Shown here: positions 9,637-20,349 of the stretch, piece by piece
Layout: every line of letters starts with the position of its first letter
How positions within the stretch are numbered: the stretch's first letter is position 1
Source: Aulosira sp. ZfuVER01
Lineage (GTDB): Bacteria; Cyanobacteriota; Cyanobacteriia; Cyanobacteriales; Nostocaceae
Direction: 5' to 3'
DNA length: 64,000 nt
Assembly: GCA_034530615.2 (NCBI GenBank)
Contig: JAVRCV020000025.1
Coordinates: 128,001 to 192,000, forward strand
Notes under the pieces: model-generated
The model's database searches: none
Told to the model about the DNA's origin: nothing
The model's input: the letters and a program-made list of their open reading frames with translations, nothing else
Translations under genes and position numbers: made by a program

Positions 9637-10669
9637 CATAGATAATAGAGCATAGCAACAGGCCACAATCAATTTACCGGGTCTTGGTAACTTTTGGTGA
9701 GGATTTGGGAAACTGAGATGGGAAGATGAAGGCGATCGCTCTTACTAGTCCACCACTCCACTCAGAATAGGATGAGTGATGCACAAGAGTAATCATGGTT
9801 TTAAGCGTGAATTAAATGCGTTATAACTCAACGTTGTGGTTTAGTGCTTTATGGCAAAATCATCTCTCCTCAAGTTTTTAGATAGTTTGGCGATCTCAAG
9901 ACAATCTATTTAATATTTCTTTTATAAATAGTCTCTAAAACCCGTGTTTAAAGTAGGTTATCATCAAAGAAAATTCAGGTTTCACAAATAAAATATCAGC
10001 ATTGCCATTACTCAAGCACAAATAGCAGAAATATCAAAAGAGCCGTCAAATAGAAGCAACAGGATTAAAACTGGCTATTAACCGTCCATTAGTTAAGCTT
10101 ATGGGCAAAGGAGTGTTTTATAACTAACCTTCACTAACTGCGTACACCAAGACGCATAAAAAACTGCTTTACTCATGCTGTGGCTTTTCTCAGTTTTCAT
10201 GACCTTAGTAATCTCTGTAATATCAGGCTCTTAAGCCACTCATAGTTCAGGACAATCTAAAAAGTAGAAGGGGTTATAGTAATTGCTGTGTCACCAATTA
10301 TAGTCAAGAAATTGGTTGTAACGGTTTTCTACCCAAACCTGTTCGGTAAGTGAACCTTGAAGAGAACTGAAAAATGCGTTTAGGCTGGGAATGGGTTAAT
10401 CGAGAAAACAAGCGGAAGAATTCACTTTCCACTTCAGACTTAGTACTGCCAACTACTCTTATAGTTATTTTTAGTGAGAAGATTGCCAACTTCATTGATT
10501 TGGCAGTGATTTACTATCTGCAAGCTATTGTCAATTACATCTACTAGACTAGAAGATAGAGATTGACAATAGATGCTGTTTGCTATTCACATCTGTCAAC
10601 TTCTGTCAACTTGCTAAAGTTTTAAAAACAAAGAAATTCGCAATTTTTAAACATTTTTTAGAGGTATTA

Positions 10670-12640
10670 ATGAGTGATAATCCTACTAAACAAGGTGTCA
10701 TCTTAATCGTAGATGATAATCCTACGAATTTAGAATTATTGCTCGATTTTCTAGAAGAATCAGGGTTTAAAGTCTTAGTAGCTGAAGATGGTATAAGTGC
10801 GGTGGAAATGGCAGAATATGCCTCACCAGACTTAATTTTATTGGACGTGTTGATGCCAGAAATCGACGGTTTTGAAACTTGCCGAAGGTTGAAAAGCAAT
10901 CTAGCAACTCAGAATATTCCGGTAATTTTCTTAACTGCGCTTGCAGACAAGCTTGATAAAGTTACAGGGTTAAATTTGGGAGCAGTAGATTATATAACTA
11001 AACCATTAGCACATGACGAGGTTTTAGCTCGAGTTAAGATTCATCTGCGCCTGCAAAATCTCACGAAGAAACTCACCGAGCAAAATGAACTTTTAGAAGC
11101 GGAAATATCTGAACGCAAGCAAGCAGAACAAAAAATCCGCGAACAAGCAGCTTTATTAGATATCACAACAGATGCAATTCTTGTGCAAGATTTGAATAAC
11201 CAAATCCGCTTTTGGAATCAAGGCTCTGAAAATCTGTATGGTTGGAATCTAGAAGAAGCGATCGCCAAAAATTCTAATAAACTGCTTTATCATCCAGATA
11301 CATTATATCAATTGGAAGACATCCAAGAAAGTTTAATGAACTGTGGTTTGTGGCAAGGTGATTTATATCAAATTAACAAAGCAGGTAAAGAAATTATCGT
11401 TTCCAGTCGTTGGACAGTGATGCCCGATTTGGAGGGACAACCCAAATCTATATTAATTGTTAATACTGATATTACCGAGAAAAAACAACTCGAATCGCAG
11501 TTTCTCCGCACACAGCGCATGGAGAGTATTGGTACTTTAGCTAGTGGTATTGCCCATGACTTAAATAATGCGCTCACACCCATGTTGATGATAGTTCAAC
11601 TCTTAGAGATAAAACTTGCCGATGAAAATAGCAAACAATGGCTAGCAATACTAGAAACAAATATTAAACGAGCAGCAGATTTAGTCAAACACGTGCTATG
11701 TTTTTCCCGAGGATTGGAAGGTAAATTTAGCACATTACAGCTAAAAGATGTAATTTTAGAAGTTGAACAAATTGTTAAACAGACATTTTCCAAATCTATT
11801 ACCATAAATGTCGATATTCCCAAGCAAAGCCTTTGGAGTATCTCAGGTGATGCTAATCAGCTGCACCAAGTGCTATTGAACCTTTGCATTAATGCTCGTG
11901 ATGCCATGTCAGATGGCGGTATTATCAAAATTTCTGCCAAAAATGTCTGGATTGACAGTGAATGTGCCCGCAGGAATATTGATGCTCAGGTTGGCCCTTA
12001 TATTTTACTGACCGTAACCGATACAGGAACAGGGATTCCAAAGGAAATAATAGATCGGATTTTTGAGCCTTTTTTCACCACAAAAGAAGTTGGTCAAGGC
12101 ACAGGATTGGGACTGTCAACAGTTATGGGAATTGTCAAAAGTCACAATGGTTTTGTAAAAGTAGTCAGTGAAGTCGGAAAAGGAACTGAGTTTCAGATAT
12201 ATTTGTTAGCTACCCAAACAATTGAAACCGAGGATACATTCACAGACTATGATGACTTCCCCCCAGGAAATGGAGAATTAATTCTGGTTGTTGATGATGA
12301 AGACTCAATTCGTGAGATTACTAAAACTGCTTTAGAAAAAAATGCTTACAAAGTTTTAGTTGCCAGAGATGGAATTGAGGCAGTCGCCTTATATACAAAA
12401 CATAAAGCAGAGATTAGTGTTGTCTTAATTGATATGATGATGCCATCTATGGATGGGCCAATGGCTATCCGGGTACTGAAAAAAATTAATCCCGAAGTCA
12501 AAATTGTAGTAGTTAGTGGTTTGACTTCTAATCATGAATTAATAGCAAATTTAGATAATAGCATTACAACATTTTTACCAAAACCATATACATCACAAGA
12601 ATTATTAAAAAATTTACAGGTTGTACTGCACGCCAGCTAA
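10670..12640 (+). CDS. Hybrid sensor kinase REC-PAS-HisKA-HATPase-REC
   Basis: GAGG RBS then ATG 10670; REC domain (VDDN, LLDVLMP, KP); PAS domain (WNQGSE..YG, DITE); GIAHDLNN, NARDAM, PFFTTK, GTGLGL; terminal REC domain. Confidence 0.93.
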   Translation: MSDNPTKQGVILIVDDNPTNLELLLDFLEESGFKVLVAEDGISAVEMAEYASPDLILLDVLMPEIDGFETCRRLKSNLATQNIPVIFLTALADKLDKVTGLNLGAVDYITKPLAHDEVLARVKIHLRLQNLTKKLTEQNELLEAEISERKQAEQKIREQAALLDITTDAILVQDLNNQIRFWNQGSENLYGWNLEEAIAKNSNKLLYHPDTLYQLEDIQESLMNCGLWQGDLYQINKAGKEIIVSSRWTVMPDLEGQPKSILIVNTDITEKKQLESQFLRTQRMESIGTLASGIAHDLNNALTPMLMIVQLLEIKLADENSKQWLAILETNIKRAADLVKHVLCFSRGLEGKFSTLQLKDVILEVEQIVKQTFSKSITINVDIPKQSLWSISGDANQLHQVLLNLCINARDAMSDGGIIKISAKNVWIDSECARRNIDAQVGPYILLTVTDTGTGIPKEIIDRIFEPFFTTKEVGQGTGLGLSTVMGIVKSHNGFVKVVSEVGKGTEFQIYLLATQTIETEDTFTDYDDFPPGNGELILVVDDEDSIREITKTALEKNAYKVLVARDGIEAVALYTKHKAEISVVLIDMMMPSMDGPMAIRVLKKINPEVKIVVVSGLTSNHELIANLDNSITTFLPKPYTSQELLKNLQVVLHAS

Positions 12641-12933
12641 TTCCAATCCTGTTCTTCTTTTTTGCCGCGACTTTTATAAATTCCCCCAACATCGTGGATT
12701 TGGCGAGTTTTCTCAAATAATTGAGCTTCCGTCAAACCCCAACGCTGCAAAACTTTATCCAAGTCTTGTTGAATGTCGCGCGCTCCGGGAAAGCCTTGAT
12801 AACGAATCTTTAGCCGAGCCAGTTCTGCTAAATTGTAGTCTGTCGCCTCTTGAGCTAGTAAAATATCAATAGTAGGGCGATCGCGGTTGTGCAGAGGATG
12901 TTGTTGGTCTTTACTTCTGGCTGCTTCAGCCAT
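12637..12933 (-). CDS. DUF3288 family protein
   Basis: KDQQHPL...DYNLAELARLKIRYQGFPGARDIQ..L..VLQRWGLTE..LF.KTR signature; start set at MAEAA (12933). Confidence 0.8.
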   Translation of the reverse strand: MAEAARSKDQQHPLHNRDRPTIDILLAQEATDYNLAELARLKIRYQGFPGARDIQQDLDKVLQRWGLTEAQLFEKTRQIHDVGGIYKSRGKKEEQDWN

Positions 12934-13224
12934 ATTGAGTCCTAAGTTACGAGTCCTGAGTTTTAAGTGTAGCTGAGAGATGAGGCACAGAGAAGCCAAA
13001 CATAAACACTGAAGAATTAACAGTAATTTATATAACTTCTCGCATTCTCGGTATCCCACTCAGCAAGTTAGCAACGGCAACCACACCTGAAATCTTACGG
13101 CTCTCACTACTGTCATTCAACTTTAAATAAAGATACATTGTCATTAAGAAAATACATGAAACTTTAGATAAGGGTGAATCGTATCTCACCCAAAGTCCAA
13201 GCAGCAAGGGAGCAAGAACCCGCT

Positions 13225-15675
13225 ATGTTTGAACACTTCACTTCCGAAGCAATTAAAGTAATTATGCTAGCTCAGGAGGAAGCACGTCGCCTGGGACACA
13301 ACTTTGTAGGAACAGAGCAAATTCTCCTTGGGCTGATGGGAGAAGGAACTGGGGTTGCTGCTAAAGTGCTGACCGATTTGGGCGTTACTCTTAAAGACGC
13401 ACGTCGCGAGGTCGAAAAAATTATTGGTAGGGGTTCTGGCTTTGTACCACCGGAAATTCCTTTTACTCCTAAAGTAAAAAGCCTCTTTGAGCAATCGTTT
13501 AAAGAAGCTCATGGTCTGGGGCACAACTACATTAATACAGAACACTTACTCTTAGGTTTAACTGAGGCTGGTGAAGGTGTAGCTGCCAAAGTATTGCAAA
13601 ATCTGGGCGTTGACCTCAAGATCGTCCGCACGGCGGTGATCCGTTATTTAGGTGAAAACGCCACAGTTTACGCTGCGGGTGGTAATCAAAAGCGCACCCA
13701 AGCACTCAGTCTAGAAGAGTTTGGCAGAAATCTTACCAAACTAGCACAAGAAGGTAAGCTTGACCCAATTGTGGGTCGAGAAAAAGAAATTGAACGTGCA
13801 GTTCAAATTCTCGGTCGCCGGACGAAGAGCAATCCCGTGTTGATTGGCGAACCGGGAGTTGGGAAAACAGCGATCGCTGAAGGTTTGGCGCAACGGATAA
13901 TCAACCAAGATGTTCCTGAAGTTTTACTAGACAAGCAAGTAATCAGCCTCGATATGGGCTTGCTAGTCGCCGGAACTCGCTTTCGGGGCGATTTTGAAGA
14001 ACGTATCAAGAAAATCGTGGATGAAATTCGCTCCGTCGGCAATATCATCCTAGTGATTGACGAAATTCATACCTTAGTCGGTGCTGGGGGCACAGAAGGC
14101 GGCTTAGATGCAGCCAATATCCTCAAACCTGCCTTAGCTAGAGGTGAACTCCAGTGCGTCGGTGCAACTACCTTAGATGAGTACCGTCAGCACATTGAGC
14201 GCGATGCAGCCCTAGAGCGGCGTTTCCAACCAATTATGGTAGGCGAACCCACAGTTCCCGAAACCATTGAGATTCTCTACGGCTTGCGGGGAGCATACGA
14301 GCAACATCATAAAGTAACAATTTCTGATGCTGCTGTAGTCGCCGCTGCGCAATTGTCAGACCGCTACATTAGCGATCGCTTTTTGCCAGATAAAGCCATA
14401 GACTTGATTGATGAAGCAGGTTCCCGCGTGCGTCTGCGCAATTCCCAGAGTTCTCCTAACAAAGAACTGAAACAGGAACTCGTTGGTGTCACCAAAGCCA
14501 AAGAAGAAGCAGTCCGACTCCAAAACTTTGACAAAGCAGGTAAGCTGCGCGATCGTGAATTAGAACTGCAAGCAAAACTCAACGGCGATGCTGAAACTGG
14601 CACACCTGCTAAAACTCCCGTTGTAGATGAAGAAGACATCGCCCAAATTGTTGCTTCCTGGACTGGCGTCCCCGTCAACAAGCTTACAGAATCAGAATCC
14701 GAGCTACTGTTACACCTGGAAGACACACTTCATCAACGACTTATCGGTCAAGAACAAGCAGTTACCTCTGTATCTCGTGCTATCCGTCGCGCCCGCGTCG
14801 GCTTAAAGAACCCCAATCGTCCCATCGCCAGCTTTATCTTCTCCGGCCCCACTGGAGTTGGTAAAACAGAATTGGCCAAAGCACTAGCCGCCTACTTCTT
14901 CGGCTCAGAAGAAGCCATGATTCGCCTCGATATGTCCGAGTACATGGAAAGCCACACCGTCTCCAAGCTGATTGGTTCGCCTCCTGGTTACGTAGGCTAC
15001 GACGAAGGCGGGCAACTTACAGAAGCCGTGCGGCGCAAACCATACACAGTGCTGCTATTCGATGAAATCGAAAAAGCACACCCCGATGTATTCAATATGC
15101 TGCTGCAATTGTTGGATGATGGTCAACTCACCGACGCCAAAGGTCGGAAAGTAGACTTCAAGAACACCTTAATTATCTTGACATCTAATATTGGTTCCAA
15201 GGTAATTGAAAAAGGTGGCGGTGGTTTAGGCTTCGATTTCGACAGCCAAGCCGATGCTAGTTACAACCGCATCCGCAACTTGGTAAATGAAGAACTCAAA
15301 GCTTACTTCCGTCCCGAGTTTCTCAACCGTCTGGATGAGATTATCGTCTTCACCCAACTTTCTAAAGATGAAGTCAAGCGAATTGCTGACATTCTCTTAC
15401 GTGAAGTTGCTGGTCGCTTGACAGAAAAAGGAATTACCTTAGAAGTCACAGAACGCTTTAAAGAACGTGTAGTTCAAGAAGGTTACAACCCCAGCTACGG
15501 TGCTAGACCATTACGTCGCGCAATTATGCGCCTGTTAGAAGATTCTCTAGCCGAAGCTTTGCTATCTGGTCACATCATCAGTGGAGATACAGCCATTGCT
15601 GATGTTGACGATGATGGTCAAGTGCAAATCCAAAAATCGGAAAAACGGGAATTACTGTTAGCAAACGTTGGCTAA
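13225..15675 (+). CDS. clpC: ATP-dependent Clp protease ATP-binding subunit ClpC (paralogous copy)
   Basis: Double Clp-N repeats; AAA1 [16 protein letters not shown]-like segment; AAA2 [20 protein letters not shown] ClpP-docking loop; YGARPLRR. Confidence 0.95.
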   Translation: MFEHFTSEAIKVIMLAQEEARRLGHNFVGTEQILLGLMGEGTGVAAKVLTDLGVTLKDARREVEKIIGRGSGFVPPEIPFTPKVKSLFEQSFKEAHGLGHNYINTEHLLLGLTEAGEGVAAKVLQNLGVDLKIVRTAVIRYLGENATVYAAGGNQKRTQALSLEEFGRNLTKLAQEGKLDPIVGREKEIERAVQILGRRTKSNPVLIGEPGVGKTAIAEGLAQRIINQDVPEVLLDKQVISLDMGLLVAGTRFRGDFEERIKKIVDEIRSVGNIILVIDEIHTLVGAGGTEGGLDAANILKPALARGELQCVGATTLDEYRQHIERDAALERRFQPIMVGEPTVPETIEILYGLRGAYEQHHKVTISDAAVVAAAQLSDRYISDRFLPDKAIDLIDEAGSRVRLRNSQSSPNKELKQELVGVTKAKEEAVRLQNFDKAGKLRDRELELQAKLNGDAETGTPAKTPVVDEEDIAQIVASWTGVPVNKLTESESELLLHLEDTLHQRLIGQEQAVTSVSRAIRRARVGLKNPNRPIASFIFSGPTGVGKTELAKALAAYFFGSEEAMIRLDMSEYMESHTVSKLIGSPPGYVGYDEGGQLTEAVRRKPYTVLLFDEIEKAHPDVFNMLLQLLDDGQLTDAKGRKVDFKNTLIILTSNIGSKVIEKGGGGLGFDFDSQADASYNRIRNLVNEELKAYFRPEFLNRLDEIIVFTQLSKDEVKRIADILLREVAGRLTEKGITLEVTERFKERVVQEGYNPSYGARPLRRAIMRLLEDSLAEALLSGHIISGDTAIADVDDDGQVQIQKSEKRELLLANVG

Positions 15676-15797
15676 TTTTATACCATGTCACTTTTGCGGT
15701 AACATATGAAAACCATTCCACATCCTGCCTGCCATATAAGAGCAAGAGAGGAGTATCCTTGATAGAACTGAAGTGAAATGGTAATAGCTCTTTTAAA

Positions 15798-15825
15798 CCC
15801 TGGTAGAAATACCAGGGATTTTTTT
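15798..15825 (+). terminator. Rho-independent terminator downstream of clpC
   Basis: CCCTGGTA-GAAA-TACCAGGG hairpin followed by A and a T-run. Confidence 0.75.
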
Positions 15826-16016
15826 AGGCAGGAATTTTTCACAGCAAGGTTTTCTCCTTGTGCCTCCGGTGTACGGAGGAAGCCTCCGCTCAGACTTCTC
15901 TCCTTGTCCCATTTCTCCCCACACTCCCTTCTCCGCCCCTTACCCGTTGCGTATAAAACTTACATCACATCCCCTAAAATTTGGGTATGTTTGGGGATTC
16001 TTATTTAGCTATAAGT

Positions 16017-16030
16017 AGTACAATTGTTCT
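16017..16030. promoter_or_regulatory. Cyanobacterial LexA box
   Basis: AGTAC-AAT-TGTTCT matches RGTACNNNDGTWCB exactly, about 115 bp upstream of the gene at 16145. Confidence 0.65.
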
Positions 16031-16144
16031 AGTAGCAAACTTTATTTCCCAACTTCCAGCAACTTGAGTGCGATCGCCTTCTAGGAAGAACCTAAGGCGA
16101 TGGATTTGTTGTGCATATTGGGGATTTTTTTGGAGGTCAACATT

Positions 16145-16822
16145 ATGATCGCACAAGTGCAGAGTGTAATTCCCGTCCAAGTTGACTCTAAAGGCATTAC
16201 AAAATCAGAGTTTGAGCAACACGCCCAAGACAAAGCCAATAACCTCAAAAGTGTTAGTGGAGAAAAATTTTCCTTACTTTCACTGGGTGATGTTACCAAA
16301 ACAATCTTACATCATGCCTTTTGGTTAGCTGAACAAAAACAGCAGCTGTCACTCAAGCAGTACAAAAAACTACTTATTGACCAAGGCTGGAAGGGTGAAG
16401 AAAAAAGGTATCTGAAGATTGCGGCGGTATTTGGTGAGTTTTCGCCTCAAGATTTAGCACAAATTGAACCTTTGACTGTATATCAATTAGCAAATAATAG
16501 TAATAAATACAAGCAAGTTATAGACGCGCTTTTAGATTTGAGTACCATTACTCAAGAAACTGTGCGTTCTTTAGTTAAAGAACATCGAACTCCCAAAGCT
16601 GCAAAACCAAAAAAACCAAGTATTTGGCGACGGACTAAGAATGGCGGCAGGTATTGCCAAATTCCCGCTATTCATGAGGAAGATGAGCGCACAGGCGTAA
16701 CTCTGCAACGCATGATGGATACAGAAGGTTTGAGCGCCCAACAAATCGTAGCAGAAGCCATAGCCTTACGACAGGCATATCAGGAAGGACAGCTAGCTTT
16801 GGTAAACGAAGAAAAAAATTAA
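16145..16822 (+). CDS. Hypothetical protein (basic, possibly DNA-binding), putatively LexA-regulated
   Basis: GGAGG RBS before ATG 16145; 225 aa open frame. Confidence 0.75.
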   Translation: MIAQVQSVIPVQVDSKGITKSEFEQHAQDKANNLKSVSGEKFSLLSLGDVTKTILHHAFWLAEQKQQLSLKQYKKLLIDQGWKGEEKRYLKIAAVFGEFSPQDLAQIEPLTVYQLANNSNKYKQVIDALLDLSTITQETVRSLVKEHRTPKAAKPKKPSIWRRTKNGGRYCQIPAIHEEDERTGVTLQRMMDTEGLSAQQIVAEAIALRQAYQEGQLALVNEEKN

Positions 16823-16904
16823 CCAATGGTAGAAGCAGAATTTTGGTTTCATCCCTACTATTAAGACCATAGAAATAAATCGCAGTCTAACTGCTGTGGA
16901 ACTT

Positions 16905-17120
16905 ATGGACTTTAAATACAGGTGGAAGAATGGCACCTCGCCAAGTCGAGATGAAGCAGCACGGAATCGCTATTTACTAGATGAGAGCCAGTTTAAGAAT
17001 GAGCAAGACCGCAGGTTAGCTGAGGAAATGGCAAGAAAACATTTAAATGTACCTCTAACAACCCTAGATGAAGACCATTCTGTATTGCCACAAGTTAGGC
17101 CCTCTGAAGAGTCTTGGTAA
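16905..17120 (+). CDS. Small hypothetical protein
   Basis: 71 aa charged ORF MDFKYRWKNG...; no motif recognised. Confidence 0.5.
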   Translation: MDFKYRWKNGTSPSRDEAARNRYLLDESQFKNEQDRRLAEEMARKHLNVPLTTLDEDHSVLPQVRPSEESW

Positions 17121-17214
17121 GTAGTAACGAATTCTGAATTAATTCTCCTATTCAGCCTCGTATCTCATCGCAGCTAGTGGTTCATCGCAAAAATTTTAAT
17201 AAGTTTGTAGTGAG

Positions 17215-17470
17215 TTAGCGCGGTGAGGCAGTGTGTTGGGTGGGTTCCCCGATTTGTAGCAACTGCCGAACCCGAAGGATTTGGGGGTTCTCCCCCATGC
17301 CCATAATCCTCAGAGGAGACCCTGAGTCCCACATGAGCGACGTTCGCGTTAGCAAAGCGGTAACGACGAAGGAGCGTCAGCGTCTCCCCTTGGGAGAAGG
17401 AGCGTCACTTGTGAACAAGTCTGGCGACCAAACGGAGTTCCTTGGAAACCCGCGCAACGCACTAGCTCCT
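17215..17470. repeat. Nested cluster of Nostocales small dispersed repeats (SDR-like)
   Basis: GC-rich intergenic mosaic with units such as gcagtgtgttgggtgggttccccgatttgtagcaactgcc, gcgttagcaaagcggtaacgacgaaggagcgtc and gcgtctccccttgggagaag. Confidence 0.65.
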
Positions 17471-17491
17471 TTGGAGTTCTGCACAGCGGAA

Positions 17492-17758
17492 CTAGTTTTC
17501 AGATGAAACGTTCCCTTTAATTAAACGGTGAAGCAGACGACAAGGCCAAAAGCAGGCTCCACAAATACTGACAGAGGCAATAGCAACAAAAACACGCCAT
17601 TTCTCCTGAAGCGGATTAGTAGACTCTGATATTTGGTCTTGCGTATCTTTGGTTAGTTCCGGCAGAGAATGAGATAGCTGACCAGCAGTACTTACCCCTT
17701 CAATCGCTGCTCCAATTAGATAAGCTATAAGGGCAATACCTAGCCAGTGATTCGTCAT
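17492..17758 (-). CDS. Small membrane hypothetical protein (2 TM)
   Basis: 88 aa with two hydrophobic segments and a WPCRL motif. Confidence 0.65.
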   Translation of the reverse strand: MTNHWLGIALIAYLIGAAIEGVSTAGQLSHSLPELTKDTQDQISESTNPLQEKWRVFVAIASVSICGACFWPCRLLHRLIKGNVSSEN

Positions 17759-17780
17759 ATTGTCTTGGTGAACTTTTGTG

Positions 17781-18017
17781 TTATTGATTCTCTTGCCCTA
17801 TAGATAATCTGCCCTCAGCAGTGTCGCGAATTAAAGGTAGTTTAGATTTTATGTAATTATCAAGGCTGCTATCTGCCTGTTCATCGATTTCTTGCTTGGC
17901 TTTTAATTGTTGAAGGAGCAATTGTACTAAAGCTACATCATCAAACTGGAGTAAGCTGCTGACGTTAGTAGACTCGATTACAGCCCATAGCTGTCGCATC
18001 AATTTGGCAGTGATCAT
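17781..18017 (-). CDS. Conserved cyanobacterial hypothetical protein
   Basis: MITAKLMRQLWAVIE...LLQFDD..LVQ.LL...YIKSKLPLIRD pattern; GAGG RBS upstream. Confidence 0.75.
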   Translation of the reverse strand: MITAKLMRQLWAVIESTNVSSLLQFDDVALVQLLLQQLKAKQEIDEQADSSLDNYIKSKLPLIRDTAEGRLSIGQENQ

Positions 18018-18159
18018 GAGTCTCTAACCTCTTAAGCTTTTCTTTATATTTGCACGGTTTCCTTGTTTGTGTCGAATTTTTGCGGAAGAATTAATTATTC
18101 AACACAATTACAAACAATCCAGCAATTTCAATAGCTGTAAAAAATATTTACAGTCATTG

Positions 18160-18505
18160 CGTCAAGCGTAAAGCCTCTGGTATTGCTTTCCTTATGGCAC
18201 AGCCTCTCCTAGAGAAGCCATGTCCGAAGGAATTGATCAAGCGTACCGCTACGAGTTCTCCGTACTCCGATGGAGAAGCAAACTACGTGTAGCGTTCCTA
18301 AGGGAAAGAGTAGGCTTCACTGGTAATGACACGATCTAATTAATTCTGTCCAAGTGCTTATATCAGTGTGAAAAAGAATGCGACAAATACATGAATTAGG
18401 AGAGCAAAGCTTTGCTACGTCGCTACCGCTGCGCTAACACCGCTTTGCGTCTACGTTGTACTCGCGGCGGACATATCATAACTAATTTGCCGGACATGAT
18501 ATCAA
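18160..18505. repeat. Small dispersed repeat mosaic ending in a MITE-like terminus
   Basis: Units gcgtaaagcctc, gcctctcctagagaag, gctacgtcgctaccgctgcgctaac and gcgtctacg. Ends in taatttgccggacatgatatcaa, which recurs at 30240. Confidence 0.55.
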
Positions 18506-18863
18506 TCACCGCACATTTACGCAGAAATATCTAGCTAATTAATGGCAACGATTATGTCTAATTACCGAGTTTATAGTGTAATGAGGTGTCATACCCCTGA
18601 TAACAAATAAGGGAAATTACTGTATTATGAGTCAGACAGAAATATTTTCTGGCAAAAATAACTAGTAAATACAAGTAGCCGACTAATAAGGTTACAACTC
18701 TTGACCGCAGGTTTTCATCTCTACTTAGTGGTTAGAGGTTATACGCCATAATATTAAGTAGGTAAGGCACAAGCCCTACCTATTATGAATATGTATTTCA
18801 ATGAATTGTAAAGTTCTAGATTTTTGCCAACCTCGACTTTAGTGTCGGGTAAAAATAAACTTC

Positions 18864-20138
18864 TTACAGCTTCTGTCCTGTGTAAATCGATCGCACTTCG
18901 CCATTACGACGAACGATCGCTTCACCGTTATTGACATCTACTAGCGTCCAACCACTTGAGCCAATGCTTTCACCAATCTGAAAGCGGCGTGTGACGCCAT
19001 CAATTTTAAACAAAGCCGCAGATTTAGTTCCTAACTCTAGTATTCCTTCTAGGGTATGGCTAGGTGCGACAGCCTCTGCAACAGTTGCGGCATACACTGA
19101 AGTTGTAGTAGGGAGTTGTGGTGGTGCAGCGCGGAATGGCACAACTGGTAAGGTTGGCAGCAGGTTGGAGGATTGCCCAATAACAATTGGTGTAGTTCGC
19201 ACATTCACAGGTTTGAGATCTGTACGTACAGCAGCAGCAAACATATTGACATTCACAGGCTTGGCTGGCTTGCGCACAGAATTTAAGGCGTTTTTCACAG
19301 CATTAGGCTGGGATGCAGTTTTTACTGGTGATAGAGGTTTAGGAATACCAGGCAGCAGCGGTGCATAGCGCATTGGGGAAGGTGCTTGATAAACAGGTAT
19401 GTATATGCGCTCAACAATGTTTTTCGGGACGCTAGGGGATGGTAATGTATTGTTGGCTGTCAGAGGTGTTGGTAAGAGCAGATTTTTTTGATTGCTAGCC
19501 AAAGCTAAGGCGGGTGACTTGGGAGTTGCGCTGATGGCGATTCCTGGGTTGGCGTAGCTTTGATTATTTCTGTTTTGTTGCTGCTCAATGACTGACAATG
19601 CGCCTAACATATAGTCAACCAACTCAGCTTGGGCATCAACTTTTTGAGGTAACTGAGTCTGCGGTACTTGAAAATATGCGGCTGTGATTGGCTGGAAAGT
19701 AAGGAAAGTTAGCACCTTGGAGTTTAGCAGGTAGATAATGCCAGCGATCGCCACGCCGACAATGGTTGTGCCAACAATCAGCAATCTCCCCAAAGGACGC
19801 CTGTTTTTCTTCAGCTTGCGAGTAACTGCTTTTTTCACAGGCGTATTAACTACAACCTTATTCAAAGGCTTTTCCCTGATTTGGGAAACTCCTTGTATAG
19901 TTTGGTGCAGTTCATTTGGCAAGACAATCTGCGGGACTTTCACTGTTTGTAGAGGCACATAGTCTACATTCACAGTTTGGGAAGCAAAATTCCCACTAGC
20001 ATCTAGAACATTGTCGAGATCCGCAAAGATTTCATCCATCAAGCCATCAGCATAGAAATCTATCGTCCAAGGCTCGTTGGCGATCAAGTCTTCTGATGGT
20101 TCTGGAATAATCACATGAGTGCTGGCTTCTTTTAACAT
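18864..20138 (-). CDS. Single-TM Pro-rich protein with C-terminal GspC/PilP-like beta domain
   Basis: TM helix near aa 120-140; long Pro-rich linker; C-terminus LEGILELGTKSAALF.IDG...GESIGSSGWTLV.V.NGEAIVRRNGEVRSI. Confidence 0.75.
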   Translation of the reverse strand: MLKEASTHVIIPEPSEDLIANEPWTIDFYADGLMDEIFADLDNVLDASGNFASQTVNVDYVPLQTVKVPQIVLPNELHQTIQGVSQIREKPLNKVVVNTPVKKAVTRKLKKNRRPLGRLLIVGTTIVGVAIAGIIYLLNSKVLTFLTFQPITAAYFQVPQTQLPQKVDAQAELVDYMLGALSVIEQQQNRNNQSYANPGIAISATPKSPALALASNQKNLLLPTPLTANNTLPSPSVPKNIVERIYIPVYQAPSPMRYAPLLPGIPKPLSPVKTASQPNAVKNALNSVRKPAKPVNVNMFAAAVRTDLKPVNVRTTPIVIGQSSNLLPTLPVVPFRAAPPQLPTTTSVYAATVAEAVAPSHTLEGILELGTKSAALFKIDGVTRRFQIGESIGSSGWTLVDVNNGEAIVRRNGEVRSIYTGQKL

Positions 20139-20349
20139 AAGGCTTTTGGGTGGTAGCTGCGAGGACGGATAAATACCTCCTCTACTGCCTGGGAATCAGG
20201 ATTTTCTGTGAAATTTGCCATCTTCCATCTCAGTAGATCGGTTGAGGGCGCTGTGGTATTAAATTCAACTTAGAATCCAGAGACTGCTGATGATGCCAGT
20301 TCTTAATTCATGTCATCTATCATACCCAATCTCTTCCCTACTACTATAC

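Noticed and set aside
17231..17506. 91 aa ORF
   Set aside because: It lies entirely over the small-repeat mosaic and has no RBS or protein motif.
18136..18153. CTGTAAA-N5-TTTACAG palindrome as an NtcA site
   Set aside because: The spacing is GTA-N9-TAC rather than N8, and the AT-rich context gives no other support.
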